Of a stretch of DNA of 64,000 nt, positions 39,886 through 51,581 are shown piece after piece; the stretch's first letter is position 1, and every line of letters begins with the position of its first letter. This DNA is from Monocercomonoides exilis PA203 (Eukaryota > Protista > Preaxostyla), in the NCBI GenBank assembly GCA_001643675.2, contig LSRY02000032.1, positions 248,001 through 312,000 of the forward strand, read 5' to 3'. The notes beneath the pieces are model-generated. The model did no database searches and had not been told where the DNA came from. It worked only from the letters and a program-made list of their open reading frames with translations. The translations under genes were made by a program, and so were the position numbers.

Positions 39886-42800
39886 ATGAGATGGCTATGT
39901 GTTGTTCTGTTTTTTGGACAATTTTATTGCATCGCACAGCAACATCCCATTCAGTTGAATGAGCCGCTGAGTGCGCCAGGATTGTTGGAACAAGTCAAGC
40001 TCCACAAATTAACATATTCAGATGAAAGCTTTTTGGATGGAAAGAGCAACTCATTATCATTATTTTCCATGAACTCTATCTGGTGCGCAATGAATACAAG
40101 CATTAAATTAATGAATGCATCACTGGAAATCAGAAAAGGGGGTTTTATAACAAAAGAGCAAAAACACATTGTGCATCTGGAAGGAGAGTCATTACTTGTG
40201 CTGAATGACTGCAAGACCACTTTTGCTGGGCACTCGCAGAAAAGCCCAATTTGCCACCTTGGTGGGAACATCCATTTGCGCAATATGTCGTTTTGCACCA
40301 CCGATTACAAAGCATTTTCAAGACCTCCAGTTGTATGGTCGCCAAGGAATCATTCATCAGCTGCGGGGAATTGGAATCTGATTGTGGAAAATTCTGCATT
40401 TTCGTGCTTTGAACTGAAGCAAGGATCATTTTTGCACTCAGAAAGCATCTCTTCTGTTTTTCTCGTGCAAACGCTCTTCTTCAACATCTCCACCTCTACA
40501 ACCAATGAACAATCAAATATTTGCACAGAAAGTGCCTCTTCATCGAAACTAAGCGGATGTGTATTTTGCAATGTGGACGAAGCGATCTATGGGGGAATTG
40601 TTGCTTCGATGAACAGCCAACAAACACAGCTTTTCACAACCAACTGCTCATTTGTGCGATGTTCACATTCTTCGAATGCTCGCAATACATCAATTCATGC
40701 TGACATTTCAACTTCAACCTCTTTCATCTCAACAGATTTTGAGAGCTGCTCAGGAGAAAATGGTGGCGCAATAACAGCAGATAACAAGCCGTCTCTTGCC
40801 CTTTGTATAGTTGACTGCACATTCAAGAATTGCACAGCAATATCCAGAGCTGGAGCAATATTTGCCAACAACATTATGTGCGTGAACATCAAACGATCAA
40901 ACTTCTCTGGTAATTCGGCTGCAGATAGAGGCACGACTGAATTTTTAAATGTCTCGACTGAATTCTTTATTGGAGATTGCAAATTTAAATCAGGAAGAGC
41001 AACAGTTAAAAATCATGCATTTATTGTTACAACATATGTTGGAGCAACAAGCTGTGAATGTATCTGTCCCAATGAACACTCTGAAAATTGTGCAAATTCT
41101 TCAAGTTTTTTTTCAACAAATTTTGGAGGTTCATTATCAAAGCGAAAAGAAACATGGCATTCAAGGAATCAGAAAAGAAATGACGAAGAGGGAAGTTTGG
41201 TTGAGAGATGTTCATTTCAATATGGCTCGGTCGCAGGAGATGGAGGCGTTGGATCGATTCAGCATTGTAAAAGTCCTTTTTTAATGAAGGAATGCGACTT
41301 CCAGCACAACAGAGCAAATGGTACTCTTATTGGATGCATCGAATTTTTTATTAGAAATGGTTTTTTTCTTCCAAGAACATGGTTGTCTTATTGCTATTTT
41401 AACAACAATTCTGTTGTTGGGGGAGTAGGAATCGACATTTTTTTTCATTGTTCTTCAGATTATGATGTGACTTCAGAATTGCTTTTCAATTGTTTCACAT
41501 CAGAAAAATCTTCAATGAGCGTGAGCGATAGTACGAATGATTTTTCTGATTGGATTGGAGAGACTCTGATTGAAAGATATGTGAGCACATCTGGCTCAGA
41601 CAATGAGAGCATGTGCGGAAAAAGTGAATCTGATGCATGCCTGACAATTGGATATGCAACAAGCCAATTTGTGAATTGGATGGATTGCAGCATTCTGCTT
41701 CAGGGAGAGAGCTTTGAACAAGAGGATACAACAATTGAGGTGGGAGATAAGAGGGTTGAAATCAGAGGCAAAGGAAGGACAGCCACAACAATCAGCTCTC
41801 AACTTTTGGAGAATGAAAAAGAAGCGCTGTGCTTGGTGAGTGAAGGCCGAATGACGATGAAAAGTCTGACTTTGGTGAGGGTGTGCGGAGAGGAACACCA
41901 TCAGATGCAAAGCATGATTGTGCTGAAGACGGAAACAGGAGTTGGGAGAATAGATTTGAGTGATGCGAGGATTGAGGGGAAAAAAGCAACAGAATTGTTG
42001 AGTTTCAGTGCTCCTCTTCTGAAGGCAGAAGGAGGAGAGATGAGTCTAAATAATGTGGAATGCACGTTGATTCGCTCTTCCGTTCCTCTTTTGTCTCTTT
42101 CAGGTGGAGGTTCTCTGGAGATGAAGCTGTGCAACATCCACAGTATCGAGTCAGTCGGTGACTGTCCGAGTGTTATTGATGGATTATCATCAAAGGGGAT
42201 ATTATCGTGCTCGGGGTGTGGTTTTGAAGGCTGTGCAGCAAGTGTTAGCAAAAAAGGCGGATGCATGAAATTCGCTGTGGATGCAAATATTGAAGCGATT
42301 TTGCTGAATGACACTTCGTTTAACGTATGCAAAGCCTCGATAGAGGTGGATGGTGAAACAAAAAGTGGAAGAGGGGGTGGGATATATTTGGATGTCACAC
42401 TTGGATCAGGGATAAAAATTACAGAACTTCAGTTTTCTGGAAACAAGGCTATATATGGGCGAGATATCTATTTTGTGTGTGAGGATCTTCGGGTGAGTGC
42501 TACTCAAGTGTTGTTTCCGTTTTGGAGCTCGATTGAGAACAAAGAGAATTCGCTGTTCGGGAGCGATCACCAGGTGGCAAGGGGATGTGATGTTGATCTG
42601 TTTGTGTTTCTTTCAGGATTTTTGGGGAAAGAGGTGTATGTTGGGCAGAGCGGAGAGGATGCAGCATATTGTGGTCATGTGTTGTATCCGTGCAAAACAC
42701 TGAGTGAGAGCATGAAGCATTTGGACTCTGTTGAGGGAAATGGAATAATTCTTGTGAAGGAAAATGGGGTTTGTGGAAAGCAGTTGAATATTTCTGGCGT

Positions 42801-45800
42801 GGTTGTGAAAGGGATTGGATCTTCGGAAGCAGTTGGAATGGAGTTGAGCGAATCACTGAGTGGGAGTGAAAAGGATGTGTTGGTGAGTGAAGCAGACGCA
42901 ACATGGGAAAGTGTGGATTTGCTATTTCCGAGCTTGTTCATATCTCCAGAAGGAGTGGAGTCGCTGCTGAATTCACGAGATGGAGTGCTGAAGATAGATT
43001 CCTTTTCATTTTTGAGCTTGACACCTCAACAGAAGGTTGAGTTTTGTCTGGTCAAGGCCGATGATGGCAGTGTTGAAATGATGAGTGTGAAAGTGATTGG
43101 GAAGCAGGGAGTTCTATCATTTGCGAGCTCTCCGTTTGTGTGTTCATCGAGTGCTGGGGAATGGAAAATGATTGGATGTATTGTGGAAAACGTGAAAGTT
43201 GAAGGAGGGAGCGTGCTGTGCATCTCTTATTCACCTTCGCAAGGAGAATGCAAGGTCTTGATGCAGAACTGTACGATCACTTCTGTTGAAAACACTAATG
43301 GTGAAGCGTGTGCGCTGAGTGCAATGTCGAATGTCCAGACGACAATGACTATTGATCTGAATGCTGTTGTGTTTGAAGGATGCAAATCCACAAAGTCGGA
43401 AAGGGGAGGGGGGTTGGGAATGAGCATGGGGAGTGGCAGCAGCCTGAACGTGGTGAATAATTCACAATTTGGAGGATGTGAATGCAGTTCAGAGAGTGGG
43501 AAAGGAGGGGGAGTGTATGTTGAATGCAAAAGCGATGGAGAGGATTACTTCTTTTCATCAGTTGGATTTGGAAACACAAACAAAGCGAAACAAGGGAAGA
43601 ATGTTTTTGTGATGAGCGACAAGCTGAATTCGAGTGTGAGCATGCTGCACTTTGGAGAATGGATCTGTTCATGGAAGGATGAACAAAATGTGTTTGTGGG
43701 AAGTGATGAGCATTTTGGTGAGGGAGTGGATTTGACTCTGTTTTTGTTTGAGCATTTTGCACAAGTGATATGGGTATCATCAGAAAACGGATATGATGCG
43801 ATTGGCTGTGGGGACAACAGAGTGATGTGTGGGACAGTTGGGTTTGGGCTGGGAAGGCTATCAAGAGGTGAAGGCGAAGGGAGCCAGAAGACGCTCACTC
43901 TGATGGATGAGAACTGGATGAAGGAAGAAATGGAGCTTGATGGTCATTTGCTTGAATCGGGATTGGAAAATACGAAGACGACACTTATTGTGGGAGGTGA
44001 GATGATTGGGAGCAGAGTTGAAGCTGTGCTTGTGAGTGGGAAAGCGAGGTTGAAGGTGCTGAGCATATCGCTTGGAAGTGCTCTTTCCGAAAAGAAAAGT
44101 GTGCTATTTGCAGTGAATCAGCAGAAAAGTGAGTTGTGTGTTGAAGGATGTGATTTTGTGAAGCAGGATGGGGCATCGGGGATGAATTATAATCTGATTC
44201 GGCAGAGCTCAGGCAAAGTTGATATTATCGAATGTGTGATTGATGAATTAAAGATGGGAGCTTCTGCTTTTGTGGTTTGTGATGGTTCATCTGATTTTGG
44301 AATGAACAGGACAAAAGTGATGAGAGTGGAGTTTGAGGAAGGATGTGTTTTGGAGATTGAAGAAGGAAGCGAACAGAATGGAGCAGATATGCTTGGAGTT
44401 GCAATCGAAGGGTGCACTTTCTCTTCTATTCAGCAGACAGGAGTGGAAGAAAAGAGAAAGCCTTGTATTGTTGAGTCGCATGTGTTGAGAAGTGAGTATT
44501 CTTTCGTTGTGCTGAACAGCTCGTTTGAAGGATGCAGCTCTGGAGAAGAGAGAGAAGGAGGAGTGCTGCATTGTGGGTATGAGAGTGGGATGAAGTTTGA
44601 GATCAAAGACTCGAATGCAACATCGTGCAGCGCAGTGAAAGGAAAAGGAGGGTTTTTGTTCTTGGACTGTCGTGGGGAGGGAGAGCTTGGGTTTTTGCTG
44701 AACAACACGCTGTTCAGGAACAACATGGCTGTGAAGGGGAGAGATGTGTTTGTTGTGTGCCACTTGATAAGTGCACAGATCAATGAGCGGCAGTTTGAGT
44801 TCGGGATGGAGGAAGGGGTGTACAACAGGACGGATGCGCTGTATGGGAGAGACTCTTCGCTGGGGGAGGAGGACGAGGATATCAACCTGATTGGATATGT
44901 GCTGTTTTACCGATCAGACACAGTTTATGTGTCATCCACAAAGTTTGATGAAACAAGGATGTGTGGGTCTGTGTCTGCTCCTTGCCGAACAGTGGATGCT
45001 GGGAATGGGCATGTTCAGGGAGAGTATGACAGGAGGATATTTATTGAGGGATGCGTGCCGATTGAAGGGAGCATGCGAGCAGAGAATGTTGTGCTTCAGA
45101 GAAAAGGAAAAGGAGAAGGGATGATGCTGCTGAGGATAGGAGCAGAAGACGAGACAGAAAGTGTGATCAGTTGCAACGGAGATGTGACACTTCAAGGGTT
45201 GGGCGTTGTGTTTTCTGAGGAATCACTGATTGGCAAGCAGTCGAGCTTCCTGTTGTGCGAAGAGAATGGTGAATTATCTGTTGCCTCGTGTTCATTCGGG
45301 CAAATGAAAGTGAGCGAAGAGAGAAGTGACAACATGTTGAGCATTCAATTTTCGGTTGTGAAATGTGTTGGTGGAAGTGTTTCGATGAGTTCTGTGACTG
45401 TTGAAGGATTGGCATTTGAGAAGTCTGTTCTTGTGTTTTCAGATGGTTCTGCTTTGAAAGTGCAGGGTTTGAGTTGCATTGGTGCTGCGTTTTGTGGGAG
45501 TTTTCTTGCATCAAGAGAATGCAAGATAGCCCTTGATAGCATCAATCTTTCGGGAATCGTTGCTGAAGCATCCATTTTTGAGATCCAAAGAATGAAAAGT
45601 GAGTTGGCATTTGAGAAAATAGTGATCAAAGATGTTGAGCTGAGGAACGGAAGTGTTATTGATATGTTCGAAGCGAAACACGAAAGAGAGCAAGAAGAGG
45701 AGAATGATGACCCAGTTGCTGTGATAAGCGTTTCTGAATTTGCAAACATCACATCGAGTCACTCAGAATCGGCAGTCATCAAATGTGATGGGTTGAACAT

Positions 45801-48012
45801 AACAATCAAATTTGCAAACTGCTCTGTGAAGGATAACAGAATGATGAAGGAGAAGGGCGACGAGTTTTGTGTGTCATTCTGCAAAATGGTTGATTTGGAT
45901 TTATTCCTTTTTGAAGGGCAAAAGGAAAATGTTGGGGAAGAAGAAATCGAACAGGCAACAAAGAGAGAGAAACTGTGCATGTGGAATGGATCACTTGTTG
46001 ACACGACAAACAGCACGATTTGCATGAAAAACTCGGATGTTGCGAATTCGGGGAAGGGGGGAATGTCCATTTTTGGTGGAGAAATTTCCATTGAAAAAAG
46101 TGAGTTTCGAAACAACAATGCAGAGGTGCAGGATTATGGGTCAGCTCGGAGGAACGTGCTGTGCACAGGAGCAGGGGAGCTGAACGTGGTGAGTCTGAAA
46201 GGAGGGGATGGAGTGCTGCCGAATGGATCGCTGTGGATGCTGAACGATGGGTGTGGTGTTGAAGGGATTGCAACAGAGAGAGAATCGCTGTTTTTCATCC
46301 CAGTTGTGGAAGAGGCGAGGAATGCAACAACATCCGATGGGAAGACAAGCATCACGCTGACTGGGAGACTTCTTCTTCCTTGCAATGTTTCGTTGCGGAT
46401 GAGCTTCAGGAATGGAAGAGAAGAAGTGGTTGAGATTCATGGGATTGATGAAAGTGAAAGCGTGTCAGAGAATGAAATTGTTGCAGTTGTTTTTTCATCT
46501 CAGATGGCATCAGCGGAAGAGGAGACAGAAATATCCGTGAGCCTTCTGTTTGGAAATCCATCGTTTCCATCAAAAACCGACTCGTTCATATTGAAGAATA
46601 GAAGCGACCCCAAACAAAAAGATGATGAAAAATCTGTTGAAAGTGGAAAAGGAGTCAATTCATTGTGGATTATAATTGTCGTTTCTTGCATTGTATTTAT
46701 CGTCTTGTTGTTGATAATTGTTGCTGTGACTATTAGGTGGAGAAAGCAAAAGAGAAGGACTGAAGAGTTGGAAGTGATTGTGAATGACACAGTGAAGAAG
46801 GACCCGAAGGCATTCGAGATGGTGACGATGGAGATGTCACCCGAGGAGCAGTGGCGGAGGGCTGAGAGGGAGGCAGAGAAGAAGAATGAAGAGAGGATAA
46901 AGAAGAGAGTGTATGAGAAAAGCTTGGGACATTCAGAGTCATCAGAGCATTTGTTGAGTGAGAGTGGCTCAACAGAATACATCTTGGGGAAGGACTCAGA
47001 CAAGATTCCTCAATGGATGCTGGAGAAAGTTGACGAAAAAGAAGAGGAGGAAACAAGAAAGCAGACTCCATCGCCATCCATTTCATCTACTTCAACCACA
47101 GATACTTCAGACACAGACACAACATTTGTTCGAGGGGAGGATCTGTGTCCAACCACCTCATCCATGTCGAATCTGGTGGATGCTATGGCATGTTCATCGC
47201 CTCACGAAAAGTTGATTGTGGACTTGAGGGATTCACTTTTCATGCTGCTGCATGGAAGGAACAAGACAAAGGAGATGGCAATCGGATCCTTGAAAGAGAG
47301 GGAGATGACAGCTGCTCAGATCCTGTACTGGGTGGCCAATCTCGCACTCCACTCGTTTGAGGATGAGGAAGATGAACTTCCCTCTTTATCAAACCTGAGT
47401 CCTCACATAATTCTATTCTCCGAACACATGGTCATCTGCATTGCCCTCCACTCCGACTGCTCCTCAGACTCAGACACTTCATCCACTTTTTCTTCCACCT
47501 CGACAATTGTCACCTCTTCCTCTGATGTTTCTGTGAAGAGCGAGAGATTCTCAAAATCACCACCACCTTCGTCGGCCTTTGAGGATGAGGATAACTTCAA
47601 AAAAGAGTGTCTGCGGTGGAAGGCACCAGAGCTGCTGATCAACAAGAAGATGGGAGCGACAAAGGAATCAGTGGCATTCTCCATTGGCATGATGCTGTGG
47701 GAGTGTCTGACACTGGATATTCCGTTTGGCGAGCATGAGGCAGTAATAGCTGGAGACAAAATTACAAAAGGTGAGAGGCCCAGCTGTGATGCAATTCAAC
47801 GCTCCAAGCATTTGCCAGCAATTGTTTCGTGTACTTCTGGGAATTCTGGTGATAGGCCCACGTTATTTGATCTGAAGCGTCACTTTATAAAGTGCTTCCC
47901 AGCAAATGCAGTGCTGATCACAATTTCAGATGCCATTATTGATGAAGAAGAATCAGACGATAAACAAATTGCAAGCGGAAACAATGAAATTACTGGGCAA
48001 TCAGATAATTGA
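39886..48012 (+). CDS. ~2700-aa intronless surface receptor: signal peptide, tandem Pmp-like/beta-helix modules, TM, coiled coil, pseudokinase (TK-like C-lobe)
   Basis: Uninterrupted 2714-codon ORF; likely start ATG 39886 (MRWLCVVLFFGQFYCIAQ). Four V..xGxD-type...CG....C.T module caps; GGAI/GGGIY and FxxN..G[RK]D[IV][FY] motifs; TM at ~46665-46735; RWKAPELL, FSIGMMLWECLTLDIPF, DRPT; no HRD, DFG or GxGxxG. Confidence 0.92.
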   Translation: MRWLCVVLFFGQFYCIAQQHPIQLNEPLSAPGLLEQVKLHKLTYSDESFLDGKSNSLSLFSMNSIWCAMNTSIKLMNASLEIRKGGFITKEQKHIVHLEGESLLVLNDCKTTFAGHSQKSPICHLGGNIHLRNMSFCTTDYKAFSRPPVVWSPRNHSSAAGNWNLIVENSAFSCFELKQGSFLHSESISSVFLVQTLFFNISTSTTNEQSNICTESASSSKLSGCVFCNVDEAIYGGIVASMNSQQTQLFTTNCSFVRCSHSSNARNTSIHADISTSTSFISTDFESCSGENGGAITADNKPSLALCIVDCTFKNCTAISRAGAIFANNIMCVNIKRSNFSGNSAADRGTTEFLNVSTEFFIGDCKFKSGRATVKNHAFIVTTYVGATSCECICPNEHSENCANSSSFFSTNFGGSLSKRKETWHSRNQKRNDEEGSLVERCSFQYGSVAGDGGVGSIQHCKSPFLMKECDFQHNRANGTLIGCIEFFIRNGFFLPRTWLSYCYFNNNSVVGGVGIDIFFHCSSDYDVTSELLFNCFTSEKSSMSVSDSTNDFSDWIGETLIERYVSTSGSDNESMCGKSESDACLTIGYATSQFVNWMDCSILLQGESFEQEDTTIEVGDKRVEIRGKGRTATTISSQLLENEKEALCLVSEGRMTMKSLTLVRVCGEEHHQMQSMIVLKTETGVGRIDLSDARIEGKKATELLSFSAPLLKAEGGEMSLNNVECTLIRSSVPLLSLSGGGSLEMKLCNIHSIESVGDCPSVIDGLSSKGILSCSGCGFEGCAASVSKKGGCMKFAVDANIEAILLNDTSFNVCKASIEVDGETKSGRGGGIYLDVTLGSGIKITELQFSGNKAIYGRDIYFVCEDLRVSATQVLFPFWSSIENKENSLFGSDHQVARGCDVDLFVFLSGFLGKEVYVGQSGEDAAYCGHVLYPCKTLSESMKHLDSVEGNGIILVKENGVCGKQLNISGVVVKGIGSSEAVGMELSESLSGSEKDVLVSEADATWESVDLLFPSLFISPEGVESLLNSRDGVLKIDSFSFLSLTPQQKVEFCLVKADDGSVEMMSVKVIGKQGVLSFASSPFVCSSSAGEWKMIGCIVENVKVEGGSVLCISYSPSQGECKVLMQNCTITSVENTNGEACALSAMSNVQTTMTIDLNAVVFEGCKSTKSERGGGLGMSMGSGSSLNVVNNSQFGGCECSSESGKGGGVYVECKSDGEDYFFSSVGFGNTNKAKQGKNVFVMSDKLNSSVSMLHFGEWICSWKDEQNVFVGSDEHFGEGVDLTLFLFEHFAQVIWVSSENGYDAIGCGDNRVMCGTVGFGLGRLSRGEGEGSQKTLTLMDENWMKEEMELDGHLLESGLENTKTTLIVGGEMIGSRVEAVLVSGKARLKVLSISLGSALSEKKSVLFAVNQQKSELCVEGCDFVKQDGASGMNYNLIRQSSGKVDIIECVIDELKMGASAFVVCDGSSDFGMNRTKVMRVEFEEGCVLEIEEGSEQNGADMLGVAIEGCTFSSIQQTGVEEKRKPCIVESHVLRSEYSFVVLNSSFEGCSSGEEREGGVLHCGYESGMKFEIKDSNATSCSAVKGKGGFLFLDCRGEGELGFLLNNTLFRNNMAVKGRDVFVVCHLISAQINERQFEFGMEEGVYNRTDALYGRDSSLGEEDEDINLIGYVLFYRSDTVYVSSTKFDETRMCGSVSAPCRTVDAGNGHVQGEYDRRIFIEGCVPIEGSMRAENVVLQRKGKGEGMMLLRIGAEDETESVISCNGDVTLQGLGVVFSEESLIGKQSSFLLCEENGELSVASCSFGQMKVSEERSDNMLSIQFSVVKCVGGSVSMSSVTVEGLAFEKSVLVFSDGSALKVQGLSCIGAAFCGSFLASRECKIALDSINLSGIVAEASIFEIQRMKSELAFEKIVIKDVELRNGSVIDMFEAKHEREQEEENDDPVAVISVSEFANITSSHSESAVIKCDGLNITIKFANCSVKDNRMMKEKGDEFCVSFCKMVDLDLFLFEGQKENVGEEEIEQATKREKLCMWNGSLVDTTNSTICMKNSDVANSGKGGMSIFGGEISIEKSEFRNNNAEVQDYGSARRNVLCTGAGELNVVSLKGGDGVLPNGSLWMLNDGCGVEGIATERESLFFIPVVEEARNATTSDGKTSITLTGRLLLPCNVSLRMSFRNGREEVVEIHGIDESESVSENEIVAVVFSSQMASAEEETEISVSLLFGNPSFPSKTDSFILKNRSDPKQKDDEKSVESGKGVNSLWIIIVVSCIVFIVLLLIIVAVTIRWRKQKRRTEELEVIVNDTVKKDPKAFEMVTMEMSPEEQWRRAEREAEKKNEERIKKRVYEKSLGHSESSEHLLSESGSTEYILGKDSDKIPQWMLEKVDEKEEEETRKQTPSPSISSTSTTDTSDTDTTFVRGEDLCPTTSSMSNLVDAMACSSPHEKLIVDLRDSLFMLLHGRNKTKEMAIGSLKEREMTAAQILYWVANLALHSFEDEEDELPSLSNLSPHIILFSEHMVICIALHSDCSSDSDTSSTFSSTSTIVTSSSDVSVKSERFSKSPPPSSAFEDEDNFKKECLRWKAPELLINKKMGATKESVAFSIGMMLWECLTLDIPFGEHEAVIAGDKITKGERPSCDAIQRSKHLPAIVSCTSGNSGDRPTLFDLKRHFIKCFPANAVLITISDAIIDEEESDDKQIASGNNEITGQSDN

Positions 48013-49163
48013 AACAGGTTGATTTTGTAATTGCACATTTCTGGAATGACACAGTGTTTTCAAAAAGACAAAAGAATAGCATGTGCATTTATTTCAATGA
48101 TTCAACGAATAATTGATAAGATTAACCATGACGAAGTTGCTTTTCAATAAGATTGAAATCATTTTGATCATATTGAAAGAATGGGTTTTAGACAATGTGT
48201 TACATCAAAAATCAGAAAGTTCTCCATGATTGTTAGCAAAAGTGGTATTATTCCCCAATTGTTGAAAAGATATGATCACTTCTTGTTGAATATGTTCCTC
48301 ATTTTGTTTGCTCGGTGAAAATGGCATTTGTTTGCTTTTTGCCAATGAAACATCAGATATATGCAGGCTTTGCTCAAGCTCGTGTTCAAAATACAAATTC
48401 TCAAAAGTTCTGTTGTTTTCGATACACATTCCAAAACTGCTTGTCTTGATTTCTCAAGGGTGTCAAAATAAAAATTGGCATTTCTTGCTCAGTCACTTCA
48501 CATTAAACTCAATTCCAACAAAATAATAATCGAAGTTCTCAATGTTTTCAAAGGTTTTTTTTTTTTATTTAAAATAATGCTTCTTCCGTCTGTTCAACAG
48601 TCCAGATTCTTGAATGAAAATTCAATTTGTCGAAGAAAAACGTGAGTTGTTGAATAACTGAAAAGAAAATGAACTACAAGAACAAGAAAGTGCACCAAAA
48701 AGCATATTTGCAAGTGCATAACATCTCAACACCCAAAGCAGGTTGACACAAAACAACAAGAAATTGCATTGTCTGCGGTTGTATGCTAACGCTGCTTTGG
48801 TTCTGAGGCATCAGCGTTCAAGCAAGCTGAAAGAAATCATCGTACTTCGGAACCTAGATACTCACAAATGTCAAACTGCATTGCAAGCTTTGAAGAGAAA
48901 ATTGATAAACAGAAATGAAATAAAAAGGAAAGGAAAGGAGAGGAAAGATTTTTGAAACTCGTTAACAACATATTTTGTTTGGTGAATTTTCTGAATGAAG
49001 TAAAGACACATCGTTCACTAAATCCATGGCTAAACGATGTAATTCACAAAAAACAAGACAAAATGCGCTTGTAGCAACTGGAATAAAATGAATATGAGTT
49101 TATCAACTTACACCAGATTGTTTCTGTAAGACTCCAAGTTCATTGCAAGGTTGTAATAAATAG

Positions 49164-50161
49164 GGTGATTTATAAACCCGAACATTTTCATAAACCAGGT
49201 TATTTTTTTTGTTCATTGAAACAGAATAAACACAACATGAAAATATAAAAAGCAAACATTTACACGTTTATTTTTCTATTTTACGACAGAATTAAAATTT
49301 TTTTGTTTCAATTTTTGTTTTTGATGAAGATCAAATGAATTTTCAATTTATTATTGATCATTTGTTTTGCTCATTTTTAACCAACTCTCTTTCTTTGTTT
49401 ATTTTCAATTGCAATGTCATAAAACATTCATAACGAAGTTTTGTTATTCGAAATGTTTTATCTTTTCATCTATTTTTTCTATTGTTTTTCTCGTTTCATC
49501 ATTTTTGACAAAAAATATGAAAATATGAAAATTCTGAGCTGCACAATATTTTTTCTATATTTTAAGTGATGCGCATGAAAAGAAAAATATGTGCACAAAG
49601 CATTTACCATGTTAGAATTTTGTGAAATGTTGTTGCTCAAAAAATACACGTCAATTTTTGAAAATGATAAACATGCTTGTTTCATATTAAACAAAACTTA
49701 AAATGACTAATTATTAAGAATACCAATGCATTATTATCTTATTTATACGTTATTGTTTCAAATAAATCTTGATATCAAATAAAAGCATAGATATTTTCAT
49801 ATTTTCATATTTTTTGTCAAAAATGATGAAACGAGAAAAACAATAGAAAAAATAGATGAAAAGATAAAACATTTCGAATAACAAAACTTCGTTATGAATG
49901 TTTTATGACATTGCAATTGAAAATAAACAAAGAAAGAGAGTTGGTTAAAAATGAGCAAAACAAATGATCAATAATAAATTGAAAATTCATTTGATCTTCA
50001 TCAAAAACAAAAATTGAAACAAAAAAATTTTAATTCTGTCGTAAAATAGAAAAATAAACGTGTAAATGTTTGCTTTTTATATTTTCATGTTGTGTTTATT
50101 CTGTTTCAATGAACAAAAAAAATAACCTGGTTTATGAAAATGTTCGGGTTTATAAATCACC
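49164..50161. repeat. Inverted repeat with 369-bp arms and a 260-bp spacer (foldback element)
   Basis: 49164-49532 is the reverse complement of 49793-50161, with no mismatches seen by eye; termini ggtgatttataaa. Confidence 0.93.
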
Positions 50162-51074
50162 ATATTCAAATAAGACTTGCTGCTTTTGTTTGTCAACATT
50201 TATAGGGCTATGATTTTATCTTGATCTTTTTTCTTTGTCAAAACCTTATTCTTTTTTGTCATGCTTTTAGCTTTGCACAAGCCTGTTGGGGGAAAAAAAT
50301 AATAAGAAACTTTTGTAATATATTGATTTCCTTATATTGTATTTTTTTCCAATATTTCATGTGTAATAAAAAGATCGAGGATGATAATAATTTTATGTTT
50401 TGATCATCGACTTGATCCTTTTCCAGCAAATATTAGTTATCAGAAGTTTAAAGCTTCAATATCATTATGCAACATTTCTTTTTTATATGATTTAGTTGTT
50501 TTAAACTTTCTCAACTTGTTTTTTTAACATTTTTTCTCATTTCACACATTTTCCAAAAAAAGCATGATTTCCAAAATAAATGAACTTTTGTTTAGAAATT
50601 CTTTGAAACAAAATAAAAATAAATTTGTAATGAAATGATATCTCAAAGAAAAAACAACTAAACATTTGTCTATGACGAACAATTTTCAGATCATAATTTT
50701 CACGTGACATCACATTTCGCTTCAAATTCTTATTCAATTCTTTTTCATTTCAGAATTAAACAAAAATAAAAAATAAAAAACATATAGTTTTAATTTTCTA
50801 TATGCTTCTATTTAACATAAAATTAAATTGATATGTTAAAGTATGTTTTTTTTTTAACAAAAACAGTGAAATGAGAAAAAAAGGTCAAAAATTAAATTGA
50901 AAAAGTTAAAAACAAGTTAAAATGATAATATAGGAATGTCGAATTGTGATGCTGTGGCTTTTAACGTTTAGTATAAAATATTCGCTTCATGGCCAGTAAG
51001 TCTTTGATCTGAGTACTAAAATAAAAAAAAATAATAACAATTTATGTGAACAAAAAATTTTCTAAATACGAAAT

Positions 51075-51529
51075 ACACCAAAAATTATTCTAAATGAGAA
51101 TTTTTGCATTCAAAAAAATAAAATTTGCATTCAAAATAACAATTTTGCAAACAAAATGAGAACTTTTGAGTTCAAAATGGAAATTTTGCAAACAAACTAA
51201 TAATTTTTTCAAACGAAATAATAATTTTTGCATTCGAATTAATATTTGTTGAAAACCTAACAAAATTTTGTTCACTTTCTCACGAAATATTGTGAAAATC
51301 AGTTTTTAACTTTTGAATTGGAAATAATTTTGTGTTGTCATTATTTTTTCGTACGAAAGAAAAATTTTCGAAAATTTTAATTTTTTTCAAGAATATTTTT
51401 AGAATTTCATATTATTTTGATTCCTATGAAAACAGAAAATATTTTCTTTTCGAATGCAAAATTTTTTATTTCGTTTGCAAAATTATTAATTCGATTGCAA
51501 AAATTCTCATTTTGAATAATTTTTGGTGT
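51075..51529. mobile_element. Imperfect foldback/MITE with internal tandem AT-rich subrepeats
   Basis: acaccaaaaattattc[t/a]aaatgagaatttttgca... at both ends in inverted orientation; internal ttttgca[a/t]..aaa units. Confidence 0.7.
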
Positions 51530-51581
51530 CACAGAAAGTTGTAAATTATTATGATAAAATTACTTATTTATTTGACTAAAT

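Noticed and set aside
39951-47759. Numerous antisense ORFs within the receptor genes, USP and kinesin
   Set aside because: Shadow ORFs caused by codon bias, with no independent motifs.
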